A stretch of DNA of 64,000 bases from an uncultured Alphaproteobacteria bacterium (GCA_963748455.1 CAVVJD010000022.1:704143-768142); one strand, 5' to 3'; counted from the stretch's first letter, positions 39,819 to 47,680 are shown. The notes: generated by a model not told the origin, from the letters alone. Translations and numbers: made by a program.

Positions 39819-40817
39819 TCATTCGGCGGCGCTGCGCGCGCGCCGGGTGTTGCGCGCCAAGGCGCGGACGCTGTCTGCGATCATGTCGGCGGTGACACGC
39901 GCCTGATCCTCGAGCGGCGGCGCATAAGCGATGGGGATGCGCGGGGCGCCGAGGCGGCGCACGGGCGCATGCAGCTTGTCATCAAGCTCTTCCGCGACAG
40001 TCGCCGCAATCTCCGCGCCGAAGCCGCCGGCCTGCACCGCTTCGTGCGCGACCAGCAGGCGGCCGGTCTTGGCGACGGACTCGAACACCATCGCGCGATC
40101 CCACGGCCAGAGCGTGCGCAGGTCGATCACTTCGACGCCAATGCCGTCACCGGCGACGCGCTCCGCGGCCTGGGTCGCCACATGCACGCATTTGGACCAG
40201 GTGACGATCGTCACGTCGTCGCCGGGGCGCGCGATGCGCGCACGGCCGAGCTCGGCGGTGTGGCCGGCGGGGACCTCACCTTCGAGCGTCCACAGATCCT
40301 TGTGCTCCATGTAGACAACCGGATCGTCATTGGCGATCGATGCCGCAAGCAGTGCGTAATTGTCTGCCGGTGTCGCCGGTGCAACGACAACAAGCCCCGG
40401 CATATGCGCCCACCACGCTTCGAGCGATTGCGAATGCTGGGCGGCGGAGGAGCGCCAGATGCCGATGGGCAGGCGCGCGGTCAAGGGTACACGGCCCTGG
40501 CCGCCGAACATGAAGCGCGCCTTGGCGGCCTGGTTGACCATCTCGTCGACCGCGCACAATGCGAAATCGGAAAAGCGCATCTCGACGATGGGGCGCTGGC
40601 CGACCAACGCCATGCCGACGGCGGCGCCCATGATCGTCGCTTCGGAGATCGGCGTGTCGATCACGCGCGCGGCGCCGAATTCCTGCTGCAATCCTTTGTA
40701 CTGGCCGAAGACGCCGCCGCGGCCGAGATCCTCGCCCAGCGCCACGACGCTGCGATCACGCGCGAGTGCTTCGCGCACCGCGAGCTTGCCGGCGTCGAGA
40801 TAGGTCATCACCGCCAC
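39819..40817 (-). CDS. TPP-dependent 2-oxoacid (pyruvate/acetoin-type) dehydrogenase E1 beta subunit
   Basis: Intact 332 aa ORF with ..VVALGEDLGRGGVFGQYKGLQQEFG..RVIDTPISEATIMGAAVGMAL..PIVEMRFSDF... Confidence 0.9.
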   Translation of the reverse strand: MAVMTYLDAGKLAVREALARDRSVVALGEDLGRGGVFGQYKGLQQEFGAARVIDTPISEATIMGAAVGMALVGQRPIVEMRFSDFALCAVDEMVNQAAKARFMFGGQGRVPLTARLPIGIWRSSAAQHSQSLEAWWAHMPGLVVVAPATPADNYALLAASIANDDPVVYMEHKDLWTLEGEVPAGHTAELGRARIARPGDDVTIVTWSKCVHVATQAAERVAGDGIGVEVIDLRTLWPWDRAMVFESVAKTGRLLVAHEAVQAGGFGAEIAATVAEELDDKLHAPVRRLGAPRIPIAYAPPLEDQARVTADMIADSVRALARNTRRARSAAE

Positions 40818-41803
40818 TGGCCGGCCCCCACGTCTTGAACGTCGGCAAAGGCAAGCGCGCTCGCGGGCCAGGGAGCGGCCTTGGCGGTGGCGTAAGCGCC
40901 GCCGATTTCGGCCTTCGCGCTGACCTCGATGGCGGCGAGATCGCCACTACTCACACCGAGCGCCGCGAGCGCTTCGGCGGCGCGCTTGAGCGGATCGAGG
41001 GCGAGGCGCGCGGCGACTTCGTCCGCCTGGCGATAGGCCGCCTGATCGGCGGCAGTGTGACCTTTCAAGCGGTAGGTGAGCGCATGCAGGAAGCGCGGCC
41101 CGCCACCGCCGCGGATTGTCGTCAGCAACTCGCCCGCCAGGCGATCGACGGCGATGACATCGTTGCCGTCGAGCGATGTCGCCGCAATGCCAAGTGCTTC
41201 GGCGCGCGCCGCCGCTCCGTCGCCGGCCGACAGCTCGCGCGTGCGCGTGGTCGACGAATACTGGTTGTCCTCGCACACGAACAAGATCGGCAGCGCGTAG
41301 ATCTTCGCCCAGTTGAGCGCTTCGAGAAACGGCCCGCGATTGATGGCGCCATCGCCGAAGAAGCAGACGACGACACGCCCGTCGCCCTGCAGCTTCATCG
41401 CATGTGCTGCACCCACGCCGATGGGAATGCCGGCGGCGACGACGCCGTTGGCGCCGAGCATGCCGACCGAGAAATCGGCGATGTGCATTGAGCCGCCCTT
41501 GCCCTGGCACGTCCCGCCGTCGCGCCCGAACAGCTCGCACATCATCGCGGTGCTGTTGGCACCCTTGGCGATGGTGTGGCCGTGGCCGCGATGGGTGGAG
41601 GTGATGAGATCGCGGCGTTCGAGATGAACGCAGACGCCGGCGGCGACGGCCTCCTGCCCGATCGACAGGTGGACTGCGCCCTTGACCAAGCCTTCGCGCG
41701 CGGCGGCCTCGGCCGCCTCCTCGAAGGCGCGGATGCGCATCATGGTGCGGTAGTGATCGAGAAGACGCGCCAAATGGGCGTCATTGCGGCCCGGAACGCC
41801 CAT
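40808..41803 (-). CDS. TPP-dependent 2-oxoacid dehydrogenase E1 alpha subunit
   Basis: Intact 331 aa ORF. It has ..HLSIGQEAVAAG..THRGHGH.. and the TPP motif FFGDGAINRGPFLEALNWAKIYALPILFVCEDN. It overlaps the beta gene by 10 nt. Confidence 0.9.
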   Translation of the reverse strand: MGVPGRNDAHLARLLDHYRTMMRIRAFEEAAEAAAREGLVKGAVHLSIGQEAVAAGVCVHLERRDLITSTHRGHGHTIAKGANSTAMMCELFGRDGGTCQGKGGSMHIADFSVGMLGANGVVAAGIPIGVGAAHAMKLQGDGRVVVCFFGDGAINRGPFLEALNWAKIYALPILFVCEDNQYSSTTRTRELSAGDGAAARAEALGIAATSLDGNDVIAVDRLAGELLTTIRGGGGPRFLHALTYRLKGHTAADQAAYRQADEVAARLALDPLKRAAEALAALGVSSGDLAAIEVSAKAEIGGAYATAKAAPWPASALAFADVQDVGAGQWR

Positions 41804-41925
41804 CGTCGTGCGGTTTCCCCTCTATTTAGCCGGCCTAGAATGGTGTGCGTGGCTGACAAAGGCAAGGCTGCTCTGCTAGACAAAGAACCGCACGAAACCG
41901 CGATTTTCCGCCCCGTGGAACAAGC

Positions 41926-42756
41926 ATGAACCGCGCAACTACCAACGCGAGTGATGCCGCCATCATCGCCGCCGAAAGCGTGACCAAGCTCGAAGAGCGC
42001 CATCGCGGCGCAGTGCTGGTTGCCGGCTCGCATGGCGGTGTTTATGCAGCACACGTCGCGGCGCGCGGCTTCGTGCGCGCGGTCATCCTCAACGATGCCG
42101 GCGTGGGCCTCGACGGTGCGGGCATCGCCTCGCTGCCGTATCTCGAGGCGATCGGCATGGCGGCGGCCACGGTGAGCCACCGCTCGGCGCGCATCGGCTC
42201 GGGCGACGATATGATGGCACGCGGCATCATCTCGCATTGCAATCGCATCGCCGCGCGGGAAGGCGTGCAGGCAGGACAAGCTTGCGCGGACGCCGCGGCT
42301 TCCCTCACACACGCGCCGATGCCGCACGGCGACGCACCGGACTACGCGGAATCACGCTTCTGCGTGCGCGCGGCCGCACCGCAAGCCTGGGCGCTCGATT
42401 CCGCGTCGCTGGTGCGCGCCAACGACCAGGATCATATCCTGCTGATCGGCTCGCATGGCGGGTTGCTGGGCGGACGGGCAGAGGCGGCGCTCAAATACGA
42501 CGCGCTGGCGGCGGTCTTCAACGACGCCGGCGTGGGCATCGACGATGCCGGGATCGCGCGCATCTTCGCGCTGGACGCGCGCAAGATCCCCGCCGTGACC
42601 GTCGATTGCCGCACCGCGCGCATCGGCGACGGCCGCTCGACCTACGAAACCGGCATCCTTTCCCATGTCAACGCCACCGCCGCATCGAAGGGCGCCAAGC
42701 TGGGGATGCGCGCGGCCGCGTTTGTCGAGCTGATCGGCACACGCGCCAAACTTTGA
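41926..42756 (+). CDS. hypothetical protein made of two tandem homologous ~135-aa domains (GSHGG / NDAGVG motifs)
   Basis: Intact 276 aa ORF. Half 1: ..LVAGSHGGVYAAHVAARGFVRAVILNDAGVGLDGAGIASLPYLEAIGMAAATVSHRSARIGSGDDMMARGIISHCN.. Half 2: ..LLIGSHGGLLGGRAEAALKYDALAAVFNDAGVGIDDAGIARIFALDARKIPAVTVDCRTARIGDGRSTYETGILSHVN.. I do not recognise the family. Confidence 0.6.
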   Translation: MNRATTNASDAAIIAAESVTKLEERHRGAVLVAGSHGGVYAAHVAARGFVRAVILNDAGVGLDGAGIASLPYLEAIGMAAATVSHRSARIGSGDDMMARGIISHCNRIAAREGVQAGQACADAAASLTHAPMPHGDAPDYAESRFCVRAAAPQAWALDSASLVRANDQDHILLIGSHGGLLGGRAEAALKYDALAAVFNDAGVGIDDAGIARIFALDARKIPAVTVDCRTARIGDGRSTYETGILSHVNATAASKGAKLGMRAAAFVELIGTRAKL

Positions 42757-42797
42757 CAGTTAAGCTCGGCGACACCGCGGTGTAGAGTAGCGTCGCG

Positions 42798-43205
42798 ATG
42801 TCGATTCGTGATGCCGTGCTGTTCGCCAATGAAGCGTTCTATCGCGCCTTCGCCGACGGCGACGGCAAGGCGATGGATGCGCTGTGGGCGCGCGAAGCGC
42901 CGGTCGCCTGCGTGCATCCGGGCTGGCAGGCGCTGACCTCGCGACGCGAGATCATGGAGACGTGGCGGCGCATCTTCGCCAACGATTCGAAACCCGATGT
43001 CACGTGCCATGCCGCCGAGGCGTTCGTGCAAGGCGATACGGCCTTCGTCATTTGTTACGAGGAAATCGGTCAGAGCGTGCTGGTCGCGACGAACATCTTC
43101 CGGCGCGAAGGCGGGGTATGGCAGATGGTGCATCACCACGCCGGCCCGGCGCCCAGCATGCCGCCCGAAAAGTCCAGCGACGAGCCAAAGCCGAAACTGA
43201 ATTAA
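42798..43205 (+). CDS. nuclear transport factor 2 / SnoaL-like (DUF4440-type) protein
   Basis: Intact 135 aa ORF. ..ANEAFYRAFADGDGKAMDALWA..VACVHPGW.., followed by ..FRREGGVWQMVHHHAG, is the typical pattern for this fold. Confidence 0.75.
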   Translation: MSIRDAVLFANEAFYRAFADGDGKAMDALWAREAPVACVHPGWQALTSRREIMETWRRIFANDSKPDVTCHAAEAFVQGDTAFVICYEEIGQSVLVATNIFRREGGVWQMVHHHAGPAPSMPPEKSSDEPKPKLN

Positions 43206-43236
43206 CAAGGCGGCACGCGGCGGCGCCCCAAAAATA

Positions 43237-43313
43237 TTGTCATGCGCGGACTTGATCCGCGCATCTGACGCTGGCGCGGTTTCAGACCCGCGGGTCAAGC
43301 CCGCGGGTGACAG
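43237..43313 (+). repeat. family-1 dual-hairpin repeat element (copy B)
   Basis: ttgtcatgcgcggacttgatccgcgcatctgac-N12-tcagacccgcgggtcaagcccgcgggtgacag. It lies in the convergent gap between the NTF2-like gene and the DUF423 gene. Confidence 0.8.
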
Positions 43314-43336
43314 GATTTAGAAATTTTGGCGCGAGC

Positions 43337-43723
43337 TCAGCGCGCCAGCATCACCCTAATCGCACCGACGGCGATGGAGGCCCAGCCGATCAGGAAGGCG
43401 ACGCCGCCGATCGGCACGATCGCACCCAAGCCGCGCCAATCGGCCAGCGCCATGACGATGAGCCCACCGGAAAACAGCACGATGCCGGCGACGAACGCCC
43501 AGGCCGCGATCTGCAACGACCAGAGCGGCATGCCGCGCTGGAGTTGAAACATGATCGCAACGGCGAGAATCGCCAGCGCGTGCCAGAAGGCGTAGCGCGT
43601 CGCGGTATCGATCCAGCCCAGGCGCTCGGGCGAGAGGTGGTTCTTCAACCCATGCGCGCCGAAGGCGCCGAAGGCAACGGCAAGGAACCCGGTGATGGCG
43701 GCAAGCGCGATCCAGAGACGCAT
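43337..43723 (-). CDS. DUF423 family membrane protein
   Basis: MRLWIALAAITGFLAVAFGAFGAHGLK.. (start 43723 within ORF 43337..43759). The FGAHG motif and four TM helices are typical of DUF423 / YgdD. Confidence 0.8.
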   Translation of the reverse strand: MRLWIALAAITGFLAVAFGAFGAHGLKNHLSPERLGWIDTATRYAFWHALAILAVAIMFQLQRGMPLWSLQIAAWAFVAGIVLFSGGLIVMALADWRGLGAIVPIGGVAFLIGWASIAVGAIRVMLAR

Positions 43724-43805
43724 GGCGCCACTGTCCCGCTGCCGGCGCCGCCTTGTCAAACCCGCGTGGGGCTTCTATCAGCATTCCATCACCGGGGAGG
43801 ACGAT

Positions 43806-44591
43806 ATGGACTTAGGTTTGAAGGGCAAGGTTGCGTTGGTGACGGGGGCGAGCCGCGGCATCGGACGGGCGATCGCCATCGAGCTGGCGCGCGAGGGCTG
43901 CGACGTGGCGCTGGCGGCGCGCAGCGCCACGGGCCTGGGCGAAACCGCCGACGTGGTGCGCGAGGAGCTGGGCCGCAAGGCGTTGTGTCACGCCGCCGAT
44001 TTGCGTGAAGACGGTGCGGCGGCGGATTTCGTCGCGGCGGCGCGACGCGAATTCGGGCGCATCGACCTTGTCGTCAACAACGCCGGCGCCACAAAGCGCG
44101 GCGATTTCGCGAGTTTGACGGACGCCGACTTCCACGATGGGTTCGCGCTCAAATTCCACGGCTATGTGCGCCTGGCGCGTGCCGCGTGGCCGGACCTGAA
44201 GACCGCCAAGGGCACGATGATCAACATCATCGGCGCTGGCGGGCGCACAGCCTCGGCCGATTTCACCATCGGCGGTGCCGTCAACGCGGCCCTCTACAAT
44301 TTCACCAAGGCGATGGCGCAGCTCGGTTTGCGCGATGGCGTGCGGGTCGTCGGCATCAATCCCGGACCGATCGAGACCGACCGGCTGAAGGCGCGCATCG
44401 CCGTGATCGCCAAAGACGAGAATGTCGACGAGGCGGAGGCGCGGCGCCGCGAAATGGCCAAGAACGGCGTGATGCGCTTCGGCCTGCCCGAAGAGATCGG
44501 GCAGCTCGTCTGTTTCCTGGCGAGCCCGCTCGCGCGCAACATTCACGGGAGCCTAGTCGACAGCGACAGCGGCGCCACGCGCGCGATCTAG
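43806..44591 (+). CDS. SDR family oxidoreductase
   Basis: MDLGLKGKVALVTGASRGIGRAIA.. carries the TGxxxGIG motif, NNAG is present, and YNFTK gives the YxxxK motif. ATG at 43806 within ORF 43692..44591. Confidence 0.9.
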   Translation: MDLGLKGKVALVTGASRGIGRAIAIELAREGCDVALAARSATGLGETADVVREELGRKALCHAADLREDGAAADFVAAARREFGRIDLVVNNAGATKRGDFASLTDADFHDGFALKFHGYVRLARAAWPDLKTAKGTMINIIGAGGRTASADFTIGGAVNAALYNFTKAMAQLGLRDGVRVVGINPGPIETDRLKARIAVIAKDENVDEAEARRREMAKNGVMRFGLPEEIGQLVCFLASPLARNIHGSLVDSDSGATRAI

Positions 44592-45145
44592 GCCGCGCGC
44601 GGCACCGCTTCGATCAGGCTGAGCGCGTCAGCGGCGGGCACGATGCGTGTGAGATCGAGGCCGGATGCGGCGAACAGGCGCTGAAGATTGGGCGCGCTGC
44701 GCGCGTGCGGCGTGTTGTTGCCTTGTGGCGCGCCGTCGGCCGTGACGAGTGCCTCGATCACTAGCAGCCGCGATGTGTCCTCCATCGCGGCGCGGCAGTT
44801 GCGCAGGATGTGGACGGCGTCGCGGTCGTTCCAGCGGCAGAGGACGCCCTTGAGCAGATAGAGATCGTAGCCGGCGGGAATGCCGGCGAAGAATGCGCCC
44901 GACGCGCTCAACGCAGCGCCGGAAATGGTCGAAGACCATCGGTCCGCACCAATGGCGGAGTCGAGATCGAACAGCAGGGCGCGCAGATGCGGGCGCGCCT
45001 GCAACAGGGCGGCGACCAGCGCCCCTTCCCCGCCGCCAATATCGGCGACCAAGTCCACGGTGGAAAAATCGTAGGCCGCGAGGATGGAGGCCGCCTCCGC
45101 CGCCGCGGCGCGGGACGACGGGGTGGTCGTGATGCGCGTGGACAT
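44588..45145 (-). CDS. short O-methyltransferase-family (Methyltransf_2-like) protein, probably a truncated remnant
   Basis: MSTRITT.. (ATG 45145 in ORF 44588..45238) is 185 aa. It has VADIGGGEGALVAALL (SAM motif I) and ..YLLKGVLCRWNDRDAVHILRNC... The N-terminal dimerisation and substrate region usual for this family is absent. Confidence 0.5.
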   Translation of the reverse strand: MSTRITTTPSSRAAAAEAASILAAYDFSTVDLVADIGGGEGALVAALLQARPHLRALLFDLDSAIGADRWSSTISGAALSASGAFFAGIPAGYDLYLLKGVLCRWNDRDAVHILRNCRAAMEDTSRLLVIEALVTADGAPQGNNTPHARSAPNLQRLFAASGLDLTRIVPAADALSLIEAVPRAA

Positions 45146-45152
45146 GATGTGA

Positions 45153-45362
45153 TTACGGGATGAGCGAGGGATTTGGATGTGCGCAATCCATTGCCGCGTC
45201 GAGTTCAGCGGCGGCAACGGTGGTGAGCAGCACGGCACTCTGGACCCGCGACGGGGAGACGATCCCGGCGGGCGTCGGATCGAGGGCCACGAGGCCCGAT
45301 ACCAGCCCGGCGCAACACAGCGAGATGAGGCTGACCGAGGACCTGTTCGGTATGGAACTCAC
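45153..45362 (-). CDS. small ORF A (69 aa, GTG start), paralog of small ORF B
   Basis: The in-frame GTG at 45362 is preceded by GGAG 7 nt upstream. Product: VSSIPNRSSVSLISLCCAGLVSGLVALDPTPAGIVSPSRVQSAVLLTTVAAAELDAAMDCAHPNPSLIP. It ends 7 nt before the methyltransferase ATG. It is part of track ORF 45153..45452. Confidence 0.4.
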   Translation of the reverse strand: MSSIPNRSSVSLISLCCAGLVSGLVALDPTPAGIVSPSRVQSAVLLTTVAAAELDAAMDCAHPNPSLIP

Positions 45363-45490
45363 GGATGTACTCCGAATAATTGCGTCACCGCCGCCCGTCC
45401 CCCCTTCCCCCAACTCGACCTGGCCCAGGCGGCGGCTGGGGGCGCAGCACATCCCAAAACCGCCTGGAACGGAGTGAGCCCGATCACACC
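45363..45490 (-). promoter_or_regulatory. conserved leader upstream of small ORF A (candidate structured 5' UTR)
   Basis: It shares ordered sequence blocks and its length (128 vs 127 nt) with the leader of small ORF B. It begins with the hairpin GGUGUGA-ucgg-GCUCACU. Confidence 0.35.
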
Positions 45491-45545
45491 TCGGGCCCGG
45501 ATCACAGGGCCTTGACAGGATTGGACAGGCCGTGTCGCCCGCGTC

Positions 45546-45773
45546 TCAGGGCATGTCGAAATCGCGGTCCGCGGCCGGATTGGCGATCTTCGGGGCCGCG
45601 CGATCGCCGATCTCGGACGCGGCCACTGGGGCGACGAGCAGAACGGCGGCTTGCGGCGGGGCCGATGGCAGGAATGCCCGCGGCAGCGGATTAAACACGA
45701 TCAATGTCGACATAAGAGTGGCGCCACCCAGCGCCACGAAACTGAGCGATGACGCAATAGAGCTGGTCTTCAT
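45546..45773 (-). CDS. small ORF B (75 aa), signal/TM-like N-terminus
   Basis: ATG 45773 is preceded by GGGG. Product: MKTSSIASSLSFVALGGATLMSTLIVFNPLPRAFLPSAPPQAAVLLVAPVAASEIGDRAAPKIANPAADRDFDMP. GC3 is high in the C-terminal half. It is part of track ORF 45546..45866. Confidence 0.45.
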   Translation of the reverse strand: MKTSSIASSLSFVALGGATLMSTLIVFNPLPRAFLPSAPPQAAVLLVAPVAASEIGDRAAPKIANPAADRDFDMP

Positions 45774-45900
45774 AATGCACCCCGAATTGCAACGATGCCC
45801 GCCGCCCGTCGTCTCCCTCCGACTCGACCGCCCGGGATGCGGGGTTGGAGATGCAGCACAGCGCAAAACAACCCGGCTGGGCAGTGAGCGGCGTCACACC
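45774..45900 (-). promoter_or_regulatory. conserved leader upstream of small ORF B (candidate structured 5' UTR)
   Basis: The blocks GGUGUGA-cgcc-GCUCACU, GUUUUG, UGUGCUGC, GGUCGAGU, GACGGGCGGCGG and GCAAUUCGGGGUGCAUUAUG occur in the same order as in leader A. Confidence 0.35.
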
Positions 45901-46052
45901 GATGGGCCGACGCCGGGGGATATGAGCCGCCTGGCCCGGCCTTGTTACAGACGCCATCTGGCCCTTGCGAGGGCCGGGCGGGGCCGCTACATTCCGCCCG
46001 CAACCGCCCCGTTCACGGCGTGTTCACATATCGCCTTTATACGGGCGTCGGC

Positions 46053-46127
46053 GCCGCAGTAGCTCAGGGGTAGAGCAGCGCATTCGTAATGCGCGGGTCG
46101 GGGGTTCAATTCCCTCCTGCGGCACCA
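46053..46127 (+). tRNA. tRNA-Thr (anticodon CGU), CCA encoded
   Basis: Manual cloverleaf: acceptor GCCGCAG/CTGCGGC, D arm GCTC-AGGGGTA-GAGC, anticodon arm GCGCA-TTCGTAA-TGCGC (CGT), variable loop GGGTC, T arm GGGGG-TTCAATT-CCCTC, discriminator A, then CCA. Total 75 nt. Confidence 0.95.
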
Positions 46128-46201
46128 TTCCTTCAGGCTGTGTTTAGGCCATTCGACGCGTAAATTTGGGCAGCCGCCTCGGCACGAACGGAACGCATGA
46201 G

Positions 46202-46939
46202 ATGGGCATCCCGGCCTGCATTTTGCCTATCATCAAAGTCGTTCTAGGCAAAATGGCGCCGCCGCCGGGCAAGTCACTGCGCGGGCTGGCGCTGGGCTAT
46301 CCCGATCTGCTGGCGACCCGCAAGAACCTGGTCGATATTTTCGGGCCGGCGATCGAACCCCATCTGACCGGGCGCGATGACAGCGACGCCGTCAATCGCT
46401 GGCACGGGACGAGCGAACTTTTTCCGGAGATCTTCGAGACCGTTGCCTTCTTCGCGGCGCTGGGCGTCACGCTGGACTGCATCGATATCACGGCGGCGCG
46501 CGGCTTCGAGCGCATTGTCGATCTCAACCACGCGCTGCCCGACGACATGGTGGGTGCCTACGATCTGGTGTTCGATTTCGGGACGACGGAACATTGCTTC
46601 AATATCGGCCAGGCGATGGTCAGCTGCGCGTCCGCATTGGCTGCCGGCGGCTGCGTCGTGCATCAGGGCCCGCTCAATATCTTCAATCACGGATTCTATA
46701 ATTTCAACCCGACCTTCTATGCCGATTTTTACAGCCAGAACGGATTCGAGCTGCTGTTCCTCGGCGGGATGACCGCCACGCTGACCGCGCCCAAAATGTT
46801 CGATGTGCCGCCCAATTCGCGCTTCAAGGAAGCGCCCACGGATAGTGGCGTGCTGGCCATCGCGCGGCGCACCAGCGTGCAGCCCATCGTCTGGCCGGTG
46901 CAGCAGAAATACCGCGAGAACCCGACGCTCAAGCGATAG
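46202..46939 (+). CDS. hypothetical protein, possibly methyltransferase-fold
   Basis: ORF 46166..46939 (TTG at 46166; first ATG at 46202). ..DLNHALPDDMVGAYDLVFDFGTTEHCFNIGQAM..GGCVVHQGP.. resembles the post-motif-I part of class I methyltransferases, but there is no clear GxGxG. Confidence 0.45.
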   Translation: MGIPACILPIIKVVLGKMAPPPGKSLRGLALGYPDLLATRKNLVDIFGPAIEPHLTGRDDSDAVNRWHGTSELFPEIFETVAFFAALGVTLDCIDITAARGFERIVDLNHALPDDMVGAYDLVFDFGTTEHCFNIGQAMVSCASALAAGGCVVHQGPLNIFNHGFYNFNPTFYADFYSQNGFELLFLGGMTATLTAPKMFDVPPNSRFKEAPTDSGVLAIARRTSVQPIVWPVQQKYRENPTLKR

Positions 46940-47360
46940 AAGCGGGTGCCGCCGGCGCTATCTCTTCGAAATTGCCGGTGTTCGGGCAGAACTGCTTATA
47001 ACCCGCGTCCACGCCGCCGCGGCGCAGCCAGCGGCTGCAGCGTGACTGGGCGGTGCAGGTCGTGCAGCGCCGCTCGATATCGCGCACCATGTCCGACGTC
47101 GCGCCCGCAAACGCGGTTTCGAGCCCGAGCCTGGCGGTCATGGCGTGGAGAAGGACCGGCGAGCGGGGCGCGTTGTCGATGAGGGTGCGCAGATCCTCGC
47201 GGCTGCAGCCGATATCGGCGAGGACGCGCGCGATATCGCGGTCATCCAGCCGCGCGAATTCCCTCGCGAGGCGCCGTCGCTCGGCCGCATCGCGCCTATA
47301 AGACCCGACGCTGGCGGCCAGGCCGCGCATGCGCCGCATCAGAGAGATCGTCCCGCACAT
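46929..47360 (-). CDS. DUF1127-like / DUF6455-like small protein
   Basis: ORF 46929..47402. ..LAREFARLDDRDIARVLADIGCSREDL is a DUF1127-type motif. ..RRCTTCTAQSRCSRWL..FCPN is a Cys pattern as in DUF6455. The start is ambiguous (47402, 47360 or 47339). Confidence 0.55.
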   Translation of the reverse strand: MCGTISLMRRMRGLAASVGSYRRDAAERRRLAREFARLDDRDIARVLADIGCSREDLRTLIDNAPRSPVLLHAMTARLGLETAFAGATSDMVRDIERRCTTCTAQSRCSRWLRRGGVDAGYKQFCPNTGNFEEIAPAAPASIA

Positions 47361-47680
47361 CGCTGTCCTCCTTTGCGTTTGGTGAGCGGCCGTCATCGCC
47401 AAATTCGGCGGCGGCGCTGCAGCCTTACGGATCAGTATGGGATTTTCGGCACGGAACTGCCTTGCGCTGGATCAAACGCCGCAAGACCGGCTGCGCGCAA
47501 GGCGCCGCCGCCATCCGGATATGGTTTGCGGCATGACAGGCGTGCGCCCGCGTTCGCCGTCTATCTCTTTTGGCTAATGGGCTCTCCTACAAAGAGAATC
47601 GCCGGCGGCGTTAAGAAATTCTTACGGAAGTTAAGGTTAATTTCGGGGCCATGGGATGATTGCGACAGCGAGGTACCATC

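Noticed and set aside
45153-47402. A genomic island integrated at tRNA-Thr, suggested by odd small genes on both sides of the tRNA.
   Set aside because: There is no integrase, recombinase or other mobility gene. I could find no direct repeat of the tRNA 3' end downstream. Composition is not clearly foreign.
47453-47480. GGAAC motifs (here and at 45466 on the plus strand) as EcfG/ECF-type -35 boxes.
   Set aside because: No CGTT-type -10 element lies at the required 16-17 nt spacing, and the orientation does not match the adjacent genes.
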